Assembly: GCA_030429145.1 (NCBI GenBank)
Contig: JAUIDC010000001.1
Coordinates: 630,001-662,000, forward strand
Direction of reading: 5' to 3'
From: Candidatus Saccharimonadota bacterium
GTDB taxonomy: Bacteria > Patescibacteriota > Gracilibacteria > Absconditabacterales > Absconditicoccaceae
Length of the DNA: 32,000 nt
Shown here: positions 18,392 to 28,952 of the stretch, piece by piece
Position numbering within the stretch: position 1 is the first letter of the stretch
Layout: each line of letters begins with the position of its first letter
Translations under genes and position numbers: made by a program
Notes under the pieces: model-generated
The model's input: only the letters and a program-made list of their open reading frames with translations
Databases searched by the model: none
What the model was told of the DNA's origin: nothing

Positions 18392-18922
18392 TTATTGTAC
18401 GATACATATAGGATATATGTACGAGTACTTCCGGCTGTAATGTTCATTGCCGGGATCAATCAGTGTGATCGAGATGGTCAGGATGTAATCTCCAGGTACC
18501 AAGTCCCGGTCAAACTTCAGAGACCCTTTTGAGCCGTGGAAGTTCGAGATAGATGCTGTGCTATATTCTTTCTGATTGTATTGATAATCAGTGATACGTG
18601 CATCCACATGCGTTCTGACAGCTTGTGTCGTCTCCCAGGTCAAAGGTAAAGGAAATACACGTTTGATATTGATCTTTGGCCTATTCTGGATAGGCGTTGT
18701 CACATGTGCATTCGTATCTCCGCCCCAGAAGATATAGCCACCGACTTTGACGTTAAGTAGTGTCAGAGGTGTCTGTGGTTCGCCGTTGTTATTGGCACCG
18801 TTGTTCGTGCCTGTTCCGTAGTTGTTCGTTGTGCTGTTATCGATGTCTACATCATGGTTGAAGCTATCTTTAGCACAACCAATAAAAAGCACGCAAAGGG
18901 CAATAATTATGAGATTTTTCAT
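18392..18922 (-). CDS. Putative lipoprotein, function unknown
   Basis: MKNLIIIALCVLFIGC is a signal peptide with a lipobox (LFIGC). It is followed by an Asn/Gly/Thr-rich linker and a beta-rich body. 176 aa, TAA stop. Confidence 0.7.
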   Translation of the reverse strand: MKNLIIIALCVLFIGCAKDSFNHDVDIDNSTTNNYGTGTNNGANNNGEPQTPLTLLNVKVGGYIFWGGDTNAHVTTPIQNRPKINIKRVFPLPLTWETTQAVRTHVDARITDYQYNQKEYSTASISNFHGSKGSLKFDRDLVPGDYILTISITLIDPGNEHYSRKYSYIYPICIVQ

Positions 18923-18940
18923 ATGCTGTCGTTTTTATTT

Positions 18941-19303
18941 TTAGTTTATGTTTAATATTTTTTTGATCTGCGGTGTGATTTGCTGTAAGGCAGATCTGTG
19001 CAGAGAAGAGCTTGTGTACAGAATGTTTTCTGGCACGAGAACATTTTCTCTCAACATACCGTCCGCATCTACCACGATGATTTTCTCGTGTGGAAGAGAG
19101 AGCAGGTCGTCTTGTTGTCTTGCGAACAATTTAGCCTCTATGACATAGAGATCATATTCATTTTCGGACAGACAGTTCTTTAACTCAGCTTTCATTTCAG
19201 CAGTGGTAGTGGTAAATTCTCCTAACGTTGAGAGAAATTCTTTGATCTGCTCAGCATCATGATTTACCTGATCATTTGTATGAGCTATGAGTATTTTTTT
19301 CAT
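18941..19303 (-). CDS. Small cytoplasmic protein with a degenerate receiver (CheY-like) pattern
   Basis: 120 aa. MKKILIAHTND...YDLYVIEAKL...KIIVVDADG follows the beta1/beta3/beta4 spacing of REC domains, but the acidic pair and the phospho-acceptor Asp are replaced (HTND, IE). It lies 18 nt upstream of the lipoprotein gene. Confidence 0.3.
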   Translation of the reverse strand: MKKILIAHTNDQVNHDAEQIKEFLSTLGEFTTTTAEMKAELKNCLSENEYDLYVIEAKLFARQQDDLLSLPHEKIIVVDADGMLRENVLVPENILYTSSSLHRSALQQITPQIKKILNIN

Positions 19304-19506
19304 ATATTAAGGATCGTTTTGTGAGTAATTTTGTTTATAATAAGGATTGTATGTAGATGCGTTAAAAAGTCAATGTTTTTGTGGGTAGTAAATGAGAAAA
19401 TGCTGTGCAGGAAATGTGGAGAAAGTGTCGGAAGAAAGGCTTGTATTAGCCGTAATCGTACGTAATATGATACGGTGATTTATTTTGTGAAAGTGACCTG
19501 TAGGAG

Positions 19507-20853
19507 ATGGTAACATTGGACGACATTAAGCTTCCTCCCCATAATTTGGATGCCGAGAAGGGTATCTTATGTTGTATATTGCTCGATAATGAGGTGATGT
19601 TTATCTGTGACAGCCTCTTTTTGGCGCCGGAAGACTTCTATCAGAAAGAGCATCAGATGATCTTTGAGGCGATGAAAGAGCTTTGGCTACACCGTAAGAC
19701 TATCGATGTAGTGACGCTTGCTGATATGCTGGTGAAGAAGAAATTTTTTGATCTGGTTGGAGGAAATGACTATCTCTATGAGATCTCTACTGCGGTGATG
19801 ACTACTTCGGTAGCAGGTGAGTATGCGAAGATAGCGAAGGAGAAGTCGATCTTGAGAAGTATCCTCAAAGCATCGCAGGGTATTATTGGCGATGTGTACG
19901 AACATAAGGATACGTTGGAAATTATTGATAGTATCCAGAAACGTATTTTCGATCTGACGCAGTTTGATATGTCTGATTCGACAAAGCATATTAAGGAGAT
20001 CCTTGAGCAGCGCGTGGAGGAGCATATGGAACTGGTAGATAATCCAGAGAAGATCAATGAACATAAGATCATGTCAGGATATCCGAAGCTCGATGACTTT
20101 ACCAATGGATTTAAGCCGGGTGAACTGGTGGTGTTAGCCGCACGTCCCGCTATGGGTAAGACAGCTTTCGCACTCAATCTATTGCTCCATGCAGCTTTGA
20201 AGCACGATAAGTCAGTCGCTTTCTTCTCGCTGGAAATGGGTTCTGAGCAGATCGTTGACAGACTTCTTTCAGCGGTGGCGGAGATTCATATGGGAAGAAT
20301 GCAGAAGTGACAGCTCAATGAGTCTGACTTTGCTGAGCTTGGCGAGGCGATGGAAAAGCTCGGAGATAGTCACATATTTATCGATGACCAGGGTGCGGCG
20401 ACCATCCCGACGCTTAAGTCGAAGCTCAGAAAGATTAAAATAGAGCGTGGTAAGCTTGATATGGTGATTATCGACTATCTACAGCTCATGAGTGGGGTAG
20501 GAAGCAAGTTTGCAGGCAATAGAGTACAGGAAATTTCCGAGATTTCGCGTGGTCTAAAAGAACTTGCAAGGGAGCTGAAAATCCCTATCATTGCACTCTC
20601 TCAGCTTTCCCGTAACGTGGAAGCTCGTGTGGATAAAAAACCACAGCTTTCGGACCTTAGAGAGTCTGGAGCGATCGAGCAGGACGCTGACAGTGTGATC
20701 ATGCTCTATAGAGATGAATACTATGATCCGGATACTGATAGAAAGGGAACCGCCGATGTACTTGTCAGAAAGAATAGAAATGGACAAGTCGGTGAGGTTG
20801 AACTCATTTTCAAAGGAGAAATACAAAAGTTTTACGATATTGCTCAATCGTAA
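19507..20853 (+). CDS. dnaB: Replicative DNA helicase DnaB
   Basis: ORFs 19507-20310 and 20350-20853 are one frame joined through the TGA at 20308-20310 (..GRMQKGQLNESDF..). LPPHNLDAEKGILCCILLD is the DnaB N-terminal signature, Walker A is ARPAMGKTAFALN, and IIDYLQLM and ALSQLSR are also present. 448 aa, with no intein. Confidence 0.92.
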
Positions 20854-21680
20854 TGACACCCTCGTGTCATCCTCGTAGATGAAACATTACAATAGTCGTA
20901 TTATTGCTTATGGTAGCGTCAGGACTGTTGGCGCTGCTTACTTTGCAGTTTGTGAAACACTTTCTCACAAGTAGCAACGTATTGGCAAACTACTACAAGT
21001 CATACTATATGGCTCGTGGAGGCCTAGAAGCAATGCTGACAGAGGCAAATCTACGTGGATATGGTTTCCAATATGATCTTTGACAGACAGATATAGAAAA
21101 GAACTATTATGATAACTGTAAAGAGAGTGCTCTGTGTGATATGCAGGGCAATGTTGTCGCGCAGGGAGTCGCTATCTATGACTCTCCCGATAGTCTTATC
21201 AGTCAGGCATGCGAGCCTACTGAGATGATCTCTTTGCAGCCTGGCGCAAGCAGTGCATATCCGTTGTTCTACGACAGATGAAGCTCTGCTAACCTTTCGT
21301 TTGCGCCAGTCCAATCCGAAGATTATGCGAAGCTTGATCTTGGATGATTTGATATAACACTGAGTGGATGATCGCTTGAGGCATACTTGTATGATGCTGG
21401 AGAGGGTTCGTTTGGCAGAATTACTGCTAGTGAAACAGTACATCTACCAGGGCAAGATGCACTTTTTGCTCAGCAATCTCTTGTCCATACACACTGGCTC
21501 ATAGTGACTAATCCTCAGAATAATACTACTGCTGTTTCATATTGCCTCAACAGCGATGACGCGGCACACAAGCTTGTTGGTAACTACACACGTATTACCG
21601 CACAGGCGACCTATTCGGATAAAACGGTGGGAGTGACAGCTCTTAAGAAATTTGTCTTCCCAAGCGCGTTTATTCAGTAG
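20853..21680 (+). CDS. PilX_N-like putative pilus-associated (minor pilin-like) protein, visible only under code 25
   Basis: The ATG overlaps the dnaB TAA (TAATG). There are five in-frame TGAs. The N-terminus MTPSCHPRRGNITIVVLLLMVASGLLALLTLQFVKHFLTSSNVLANYYKSYYMARGGLEAML matches the PilX N-terminal domain pattern: a hydrophobic helix, then ...A.Y.AE.G.E (from recall). The stop is TAG at 21678-21680. Confidence 0.55.
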
Positions 21681-21703
21681 TTTTTTATTACTCTTAATGT
21701 TAC

Positions 21704-22555
21704 ATGCAACGTTACAGTAAAATCATTGTAGCAACACTTACAACTCTTACTGCTTTTACCGGTTTTGCCTTGGCATACGATCTCAGTCATTATGACACAA
21801 ACCTCGTGTGGCAGCTCAATCGTCAGGTTGATCAAGCTATTAGCGATACTAGTAGATCACCTGAATTTATGGAAAAAGCAGCTACAAAATTTAGTAGTCT
21901 TGTGGACACTCTTTCGACTGACCCAAGAAAACAAGCAATTATGAAAAGTGTATTTGAACACACACACAATCAGCTAGCTCTTGCTACTGATGCACAAACT
22001 CGTGCATTTAAAAAGTCATTTGTATCAGCGTATGGGGGAGAGCTTCAGGGAGATCCTTTCGAGCTCAGACTACAGCGATGTGTACAAAAATTCGATATGG
22101 TAAATACCATAGCAAAGAAACATAACTTCCCAACTGCACTTATCCTGGCAACATGGTTTATGGAGTCAAGCTGTCGTATGGCTAATCCTGACAACGGAGA
22201 TGGTCTCTTTCAGATCCTCTCTAATCACTATGAACCAGGACCAGTAACAGATGCTGATCTGGAAAGTCAAATTGAAGACTTTATCAACTTCTCACGCAAC
22301 AAACGACGTTGGTTCCACAGAAACAATCCTGATCGTCAGATTGTGTTAACACACAAACTATGGGATATTGAAAGCCTTGAGTCGCAAGGTGCGCTCTACA
22401 ATAGTGTCGGTAGTAAAATTACTGCATGGCCACTGAGAGCTACCAATGAGTACTACAACCGAGGTAACTTCAATCTCGAATGGAAGTCGAGCGTGAAAGA
22501 TGGTATGATCACTGCTTTCATCAGACTAGTAAAATGGGAACTTGAAAATAGATAA
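21704..22555 (+). CDS. Secreted lytic transglycosylase (SLT/GH23-like domain)
   Basis: The signal peptide is MQRYSKIIVATLTTLTAFTGFALA. ALILATWFMESSCRMANPDNGDGLFQI matches the SLT catalytic E-S ... G-L-(M/F)-Q motif. 283 aa, intact ORF. Confidence 0.7.
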   Translation: MQRYSKIIVATLTTLTAFTGFALAYDLSHYDTNLVWQLNRQVDQAISDTSRSPEFMEKAATKFSSLVDTLSTDPRKQAIMKSVFEHTHNQLALATDAQTRAFKKSFVSAYGGELQGDPFELRLQRCVQKFDMVNTIAKKHNFPTALILATWFMESSCRMANPDNGDGLFQILSNHYEPGPVTDADLESQIEDFINFSRNKRRWFHRNNPDRQIVLTHKLWDIESLESQGALYNSVGSKITAWPLRATNEYYNRGNFNLEWKSSVKDGMITAFIRLVKWELENR

Positions 22556-22720
22556 TAGTGAAAGTAAGAAAGAGCAAGATGGTCTGTAAATGGCCATTTT
22601 GTTTTTTTGTTTATGAAAAATATTGTTTTATAGATCTGCCGTGATGAGATGAGAGGGAGCCGGGATGTGATAAGAGTAGGATATTAGAGAGTAGGGGTGG
22701 TTTGTTTTTTTTGAGGTAGT

Positions 22721-22760
22721 AAAAAATGGTATGACTATTTGGATATAGTAATACCATTTT
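22721..22760. terminator. Bidirectional hairpin terminator between the SLT gene and murD
   Basis: aaaatggtat (22723-22732) pairs perfectly with ataccatttt (22751-22760) around an 18-nt loop. A/T runs on both sides give a T-tract in either orientation. Confidence 0.6.
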
Positions 22761-22849
22761 GCTTGGGTAGTCTCCAAGAGGTGCTCTAGGAGCCCGTGTA
22801 TGCTGGTGTACTTTCTAAATTGCGATTCAACTATCCTTCAACTCTCAAG

Positions 22850-24103
22850 CTATAATCACTTCACTGCTTCGATATACTGCTCAGCGCGATCTTTCCAGTC
22901 TTTAAACATATCAAAGCTTGCGCATCACGGACTGAGAAGAATGACTTGTATACTATGTTTTTGTGCATGCTCATAAGCTAGTTTCACTGCCTCTTGCATG
23001 GATGATGCTTTGTCGTGTTCGATCTCTTTTGCTTCAGCGATCTCTATAAATTGCGGGGCAGTAGTGCCAATGAACACGCCATAGCCAACTTTTTGTTTCA
23101 TGAGTTCTGCAAGAGCACTAAAGCTGTCGCCCTTGTCTGATCAACCTGCTATCAGTACGATCGGCCCAGGGAATGCTTCAAGGGCGACCCTCAACGACTG
23201 CGAACTTGTCGACTTCCCATCATCATAAAAGCTGATGCCATTTTTCTCGTTGATCAATTGCATTCTATGAGCTAGCGGCTCTATGGCATTGATTGCTTCA
23301 TGTATCTCAGTTTCACTTATCGTCAATCCATAGTCTTGCACAAGAGTTTTTACCAGCAGATAGCACGCCTGTATATTACCTGCATTGTGTGTACCGACAA
23401 ACTGAGTATCAGCCAGAGGATAGTCGTTATTATAAAGCGTCAAAGGCGCTGTATGGTCTAAAGCTATCCCTTGTTCCGCTAACGTATCCAAAACGCCCTG
23501 CATTGTAAAAACCGCCTTGGTGGAATGCTGTAAAAGTCTATATTTTGTCGCCACATAATCTTTCATGTCGGGATGCCAATTGAGATGATCTGGCGAAATA
23601 TTTGTCCAAATCGCATAATCAAATCGCAAATCTTCAAGTCCATACAAAAGAAACGATGACACTTCACACACGACGATATGTTTCTGCTCAGTCAATCATC
23701 CTTCTACTATATGATTGAGCGTCGTAGCAATCGACTCATCAAAATTTCCACTCAACCAAACATTATATCATGTATTTACTCACTTCAAAAGCTCATAGAG
23801 CACATGACTAACAGTGGACTTCCCATCGGTTCCCGTTACACCGACAAAACGGAGATTCTCTCCTCGGGCCTGTTTCTTCAGAAACTGCCCGATAAAATTG
23901 AGCTCAGAGATTGTCTTCTCGCCATATTTCTGATAGATATCACTATCTGGTTTCACGGCTTGATGCACGATAATTTGTTCTGCCTTCTCAAACAGCTCCT
24001 CATCTCGGCTGTTATAATCAATACTCTTTGCCTCAATATCAAAATGCTGTAGCAATTGTTCCAACGGCTTCCCAATCTTTCCCTGTCCAAATATCGCGAT
24101 CAT
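22850..24103 (-). CDS. murD: UDP-N-acetylmuramoylalanine--D-glutamate ligase
   Basis: ORFs 23780-24103 and 23141-23695, plus the unlisted tail, join through six TGAs. Motifs present are MIAIFGQGKIG, VGVTGTDGKSTV (Mur ligase P-loop), EVSSFLL, WTNISPDHLNWH, DDGKSTS and LLSPGCASFDMF. The stop is TAG at 22850-22852. 417 aa. Confidence 0.9.
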
Positions 24104-24185
24104 CTATAGTGTGGAATGTAGTTAAACAAATTGAAGTATAAAAAAACTCCTGCCGTAGGCAAGAGTTCTTCATCTATATGGATTA

Positions 24186-26681
24186 TTATTCGTCATCGTT
24201 TTCTGACTCTTTTTCAGCTTTGGCTTCGGCTTTTCTTTCTTCTTTCCAAGCCTTGTTTTCCGCTTTTTCTTCCCATGGTCTGTAGATGCGCTCGATAGTA
24301 CCTGAGACGATCTTTTCTAGAGGAGTGTCTGGCATGTCGAGAAGTACCTTGTCAGAGTGAACAGTCTTGAGTTCTCCAGTAGTAAGTTTGATTCTTACTG
24401 AACCTTCTACCATGGCGAGAGCTCCTGTTACTTTGTCTTTCCCTTCCATCTGCGCTACTTCTAGTGACTTACCACCGCGTTTACCGTATTGTGACTTGCC
24501 AAATACAAGGTCTTCGATAGCAACCATCTTCGCTGAGTTGGTGCTATTGACCATGATAAACGGCTCATCTTTGTAGATGAAGAGGGCAGCAGGATTGTCG
24601 CTTTCATCAGGAGTAGAGATGGCTTTGACTCCAGCAGCTGTCTTACCCATAGGACGACATTGCTCTTCAGGGAAGAGTGACAAGTATCCTTTTTGAGAGA
24701 GTACGCCGATCTTATCGTTGTCTCTTACTGCTGCTACAGCGATGATTGACTCTTTGTCCTTCAGGCTCATGATGCTTGTTGGGAATTTCTTAAACCCTAG
24801 AAGCACATCTTTCTTGATCTTCTTTAGGTTGTTTCCTGACGAGAGCATAACGAGCTCCTTATAGTCATGAAGCATAGAGTTACAGAAGATAACATTTCCC
24901 TTGAGTCCCCATTCTTCCTTTGGATTGACAGGATTTGATTTCATATTGTGAGAACCAATATCTTTAAGTCTCTGGATGACAAGTTCACCCTTATCAGTGA
25001 TAACGATGAGTTTGTCTTGGTTGTGTGTGTAGATAACCTCGAGAGTGTCATCAGGGAGCACGTTGACTCTTGACTGGTAGAGGATTCTAAACGACTGATC
25101 AGCTCCAATCCAGAGGATGACGTCTTCTTTCACTGCATCTTCTTTTGCAAGAAGTTCTTTCATACGATTTGAAAGATTTGCTGTACCATCAGCTACAAGC
25201 TCAGTTCTTCTTTCATCTCCGAAAGTCTTTTTGATATAGTTCATCTCGTCTTTTACCACCTTGTCGAGCTTCTTTGGATCATTAATGATGCCCTCTAGGT
25301 ATTCAATAAGTTTCTTTTTCTCGTCGATTTCATCAAGAATCTTTTGGATTTCCAGACCTACCAATGACTGTAGTCTCATCTGGAGGATATACTCAGCCTG
25401 TACATCGGTAAACTCAAATTTCTTGCCCATCAACTTTTCTTTTGCCTCTGCTTTGTCTGATGAGTTTCTAATCGCTGCGATCACATCATCGAGGATGTCG
25501 ATAGCACGCTTTAGACCTTCAAGAATATGAAGTCTATCTTTTGCCTTCCCGAGCTGGTAGACAGATCTTCTATAGACAACCTGTCTTCTGAACTCTACGA
25601 ACTCTACAAGGAGATCTTTGATGTTAAGAAGTCTTGGCTGCATCCCTTTTTCGATCAATGTCACATTGTTCACATTGAAGTTAGATTGAAGCTCTGTGTA
25701 TTTGAAAAGCTTTGTCAGTACAGCCTGTGCGTCTACGCCCTTTTTCAATGTGATAGACACTCTCATTCTTTCTCTATTTGACTCATCACGGATATCAGTA
25801 ATACCTTCAAGCTTTTTATCTACTACTAATTCACCAATTTTACCAACGAGCGTTGACTTATTTACCTGATACGGAATCTCATCAATAACAATAACTTTTC
25901 CATTTTTCCCGTCTTCAATGTGCGTCTTACCTCTTACGGTAATACCACCTTTTCCAGTTTCATACACCTGTCTGATATTCTCTTTGTCGAACATCATACC
26001 TCCGGTAGGGAAGTCAGGACCTTGGATGATCTCCATGATCTCATCGATCGTTGCCTCGGCATTGTCCATGAGCATGAGCGATGCATCAATAACTTCCGTG
26101 AGGTTATGAGGAGCCATGTTTGTTGCCATACCTACAGCGATACCCATTGTTCCGTTACAGAGGTGATTTGGAAATTTAGTCGGAAGCATAATAGGTTCTT
26201 CACGAGAGTCGTCGTAGTTTTTCTTCCAGTCTACAGTGTCCTGATCGATATCAGCAAGCATCTCTTCAGCAATCTTTGTCAATCTTGCTTCCGTATACCT
26301 CATCGCAGCTGCGCCGTCACCGTCGATAGAACCAAAGTTACCTTGTCCATCTACGAGTGGATATCTCAAAGAAAATGGCTGAGCTAGTCTTACCATAGCA
26401 TCGTACACTGATGAGTCACCGTGTGGATGGTACTTACCAAGAACCTCTCAGACTACTGTTGCAGACTTTCTAAACTTTGCATTGTGGTTGAGTCCGATAT
26501 CATGCATAGCATAGAGGATACGTCTGATCACCGGTTTCATACCATCTCTTGTATCAGGTAGTGCACGAGATACGATTACCGACATGGCATAGTCGATATA
26601 TGATTGTGTAATCTCTTGTTCAATCGAGTGAGGCATAGTTTGTTCTACTATCTCCTTTTGTTCATTTTTCTTGTCTGCCAT
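24186..26681 (-). CDS. gyrA: DNA gyrase subunit A
   Basis: The start is placed at ATG 26681 (MADKKNEQ...). There is a single TGA at 26448-26450, at the conserved Gly of [17 protein letters not shown]. The active-site region is [11 protein letters not shown], followed by a C-terminal beta-pinwheel region and a charged tail. 831 aa. Confidence 0.93.
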
Positions 26682-26842
26682 CTGTGCGTTTTTGACATTA
26701 GATGAATTAAAAATAGTTTTCCCACAAAGCCTTCTAGAAAAGCTTACTGCAGGCAAAATACTGTCGAATAACCTTATCACTATAGGGATTTACAAGGTGT
26801 TTGCAAGGCTTCAACCAATAAAAATAAGGAGGTGTTGATAGG

Positions 26843-26870
26843 TTGACAGAGGCAAAAATTTGATTATAAT
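26843..26870 (+). promoter_or_regulatory. Consensus sigma70-type promoter
   Basis: TTGACA (26843-26848), a 16-nt spacer, then TATAAT (26865-26870). It lies about 80 nt upstream of the ATG at 26951. Confidence 0.5.
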
Positions 26871-26950
26871 TGTGTATACTGTAATGCTATATTTAGTTTG
26901 TTGTAAATTTTTTCATGCCATCACGTAAGTGAAATCAGTTTAACAATCTT

Positions 26951-27655
26951 ATGTCAGGGAAGAACCTGGCATCAGTTCCTAAAAAGATGAAGGAGCGCCA
27001 TGTGGATCTTGTCAATAAGAGACTGATTGCTACTTTGCAGCAACATAATAAGCAATTTACTGGATATCAGTCCCTGTTGCGCAAGTACGGTAGCAATCCC
27101 GAGTATATGAAGTTTTTTGCTAAGCTACAGATGGAGAGAGGTACTGACGGCAGAATAAGTTTTATCCTTGGTGATAAAAAATACTCTCTTATTCCGTACA
27201 GTGCCAAAGAACAATCAAACGCAAACATGATGAGCGATGACGACACGGTGAACTTTCTCAAGCAGTTTCCATGAGAAGCGGTAAATGGAGAACAAGAGTC
27301 GTATCTTTCAGAAGAGTTTAAGTGACAAGAGTTTAATTCAGATGCGGAATTGGCAGAGGCAAATAGAAAGGCTTTTCAATATAACAGGATGGATCTTGGT
27401 AATAAGGTTTTTGCTTTGGCAGAGCTTCTAGAAGTGGGTTACAATGGTACTTGGGACGATAAGGCGAAAAAGCAAACAAGACAGTGAGAAAGAGGATCTC
27501 TTTATATTGCTGAAGGTATGGGTGGTCACTACATGGAGGAGATGTGGCGAAGAAAGCCAAAACCCGGTGAGGAAAAGTTTCCAAGAGCATGAATTTCACA
27601 AGTTATGGAGGATCCGACTGAGCAGCTTGTTCTCGTATATGAAGACATTACGTAG
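26951..27655 (+). CDS. Hypothetical protein (extended under code 25)
   Basis: The listed 107-aa ORF continues through four in-frame TGAs (the first at 27272-27274) to TAG at 27653-27655, giving 234 aa. I recognise no family. Confidence 0.6.
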
Positions 27656-27718
27656 TGTAATTCTACAAAGAGAAAAAAGACCTTTCAAAAGGAAACCAAC
27701 TAAATTTTTTATAAAAAA

Positions 27719-27745
27719 TCCGACTTCTTAGAAGAAGAAGCCGGA
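27719..27745 (-). terminator. Hairpin terminator downstream of the 27782-28258 gene
   Basis: tccgacttctt pairs with aagaagccgga (one mismatch) around a 5-nt loop. On the minus strand it is followed by tttttt. Confidence 0.45.
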
Positions 27746-27781
27746 GGTTGAATCTAGTTTTTTCATGTTACAAAGACTGTC

Positions 27782-28258
27782 TTACTGTACAGGAACCAGG
27801 CTCAAAATGGTTGAGTCAGAGCTATGTACTTCATAATAGAGCTTTCGATCTCTATATAAAATCTTTTTCTTTTTTGAAGTAGCATATCTTCGCCAAGCAC
27901 ACTTTTCGCGTGTCTTGAGATAGTTCATATCAAACTGATGTAAGTATGCTTCGTATTCTAGAGGGTTTGCATAGTAGGCATTGCTGCCGGACAGTTGTCT
28001 ACTTACTCGGTTTCGTATAAGTTCTTTTACGTATACAAAGTAGTAGCCGACATACCATAATTCTTTTGCTTGTACGAAATGAATTTTCTCATGATTCATG
28101 AGTATGCTGTCTTTCGCTGCCATAGTGTCTGCTACTATCACCACACCAGGGATGACGTTGCAAGCACGAAGATCTTTTGCTCCTACTATAGGGCCAGCCG
28201 TATGTACAAAAAACGGCCACAGTACGATGAGAAGTTTTGTTTGCATAAGTGTATCCAT
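27782..28258 (-). CDS. Putative small zinc metallopeptidase-like protein (HExxH motif)
   Basis: 158 aa. LWPFFV...ILMNHEKIHFVQAKELWYVGYY...NPLEYEAYLHQFDMNYLKTRE contains HEKIH (HExxH). It resembles a widespread uncharacterised family with the same WPF / HE.IH..Q / E.EAY layout (from recall). Confidence 0.5.
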   Translation of the reverse strand: MDTLMQTKLLIVLWPFFVHTAGPIVGAKDLRACNVIPGVVIVADTMAAKDSILMNHEKIHFVQAKELWYVGYYFVYVKELIRNRVSRQLSGSNAYYANPLEYEAYLHQFDMNYLKTREKCAWRRYATSKKKKILYRDRKLYYEVHSSDSTILSLVPVQ

Positions 28259-28313
28259 AACCGTTTGTTTTTGTTACAGAAAAAATATAGACTTTTAGAA
28301 ACATATTACAAAT

Positions 28314-28343
28314 AAAAAACCCCCGACACGTCGGAGGTTTTTT
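28314..28343. terminator. Bidirectional intrinsic terminator
   Basis: aaaaaa, then cccccg, acacgt, cggagg, then tttttt. It lies immediately downstream of the minus-strand gene 28361-28924. Confidence 0.65.
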
Positions 28344-28360
28344 CTCAAATGAGTATATTT

Positions 28361-28924
28361 TTAGAGCTGATTATACAAATCACCTAACTTTTCTTCCTTT
28401 TCAGCCTCTGCTTTCTGAGATGCAGCGTGATTTTCTTCTTGGCTGACAACGAGTTTCCATCTGTTGAGTCTTGCTTCACGTTGAGCGAGGATTGCCTCTT
28501 TTTCTTTCTCGTCTTCCTCGATAAGGATCTGCAGATTCATCTGTTCTTCAACGTAGATTTCGAACAGTCTGAGTATTTGGAATCCCCATAGCTCAGAAAC
28601 TTTTTTGACGACTACTTGGTCGTTACTTTGTACAGAGATAACAAAATCAGGCTGATCTTTCTCATTTTGATCATCAAATACTCCATCTGAACTGAAAGAT
28701 GCAGCTACGAGTTGCATCAACAGATCTCGATCAAAATCGTCTTTGATCTCTTCTGGTACTAAGCAGGGCATAGCAGCGAATTGGCTGACATAGTCCTTAT
28801 ACCAGGTCTGATCTTTGAGGTCTCCTTGCACAGGTCCAAAAAGTTTCTCATATTTCTCGACGGTTTCTTTTTTCTCGTCTTTCTCTCTTAGTTCAGCCAC
28901 ATACGACTGGAAATCAAAAAGCAT
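28361..28924 (-). CDS. Hypothetical acidic protein with a C-terminal coiled-coil-like region
   Basis: Intact 187-aa ORF with ATG start and TAA stop. It is Glu/Asp/Lys-rich and I recognise no family. Confidence 0.6.
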   Translation of the reverse strand: MLFDFQSYVAELREKDEKKETVEKYEKLFGPVQGDLKDQTWYKDYVSQFAAMPCLVPEEIKDDFDRDLLMQLVAASFSSDGVFDDQNEKDQPDFVISVQSNDQVVVKKVSELWGFQILRLFEIYVEEQMNLQILIEEDEKEKEAILAQREARLNRWKLVVSQEENHAASQKAEAEKEEKLGDLYNQL

Positions 28925-28952
28925 AGTAGCGATACGTTATGGGCATGTAAAA

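Noticed and set aside
21051-21443. Listed 130-aa minus-strand ORF.
   Set aside because: It is antisense to the 275-codon plus-strand PilX-like frame, which begins at the dnaB TAATG overlap and absorbs the listed 21387-21680 fragment.
22588-22599. A perfect 12-bp palindrome, aaatggccattt, followed by a T-rich run after the SLT gene, considered as a terminator.
   Set aside because: A loop-less palindrome cannot form a stable hairpin, and the alternative 5-bp stem is weak. The strong hairpin at 22723-22760 is the more credible terminator.
24186-24290. The charged Lys/Glu-rich, acidic C-terminal tail of GyrA, considered as a novelty.
   Set aside because: Acidic or charged C-terminal tails are a known variable feature of GyrA proteins, so this is not unusual.
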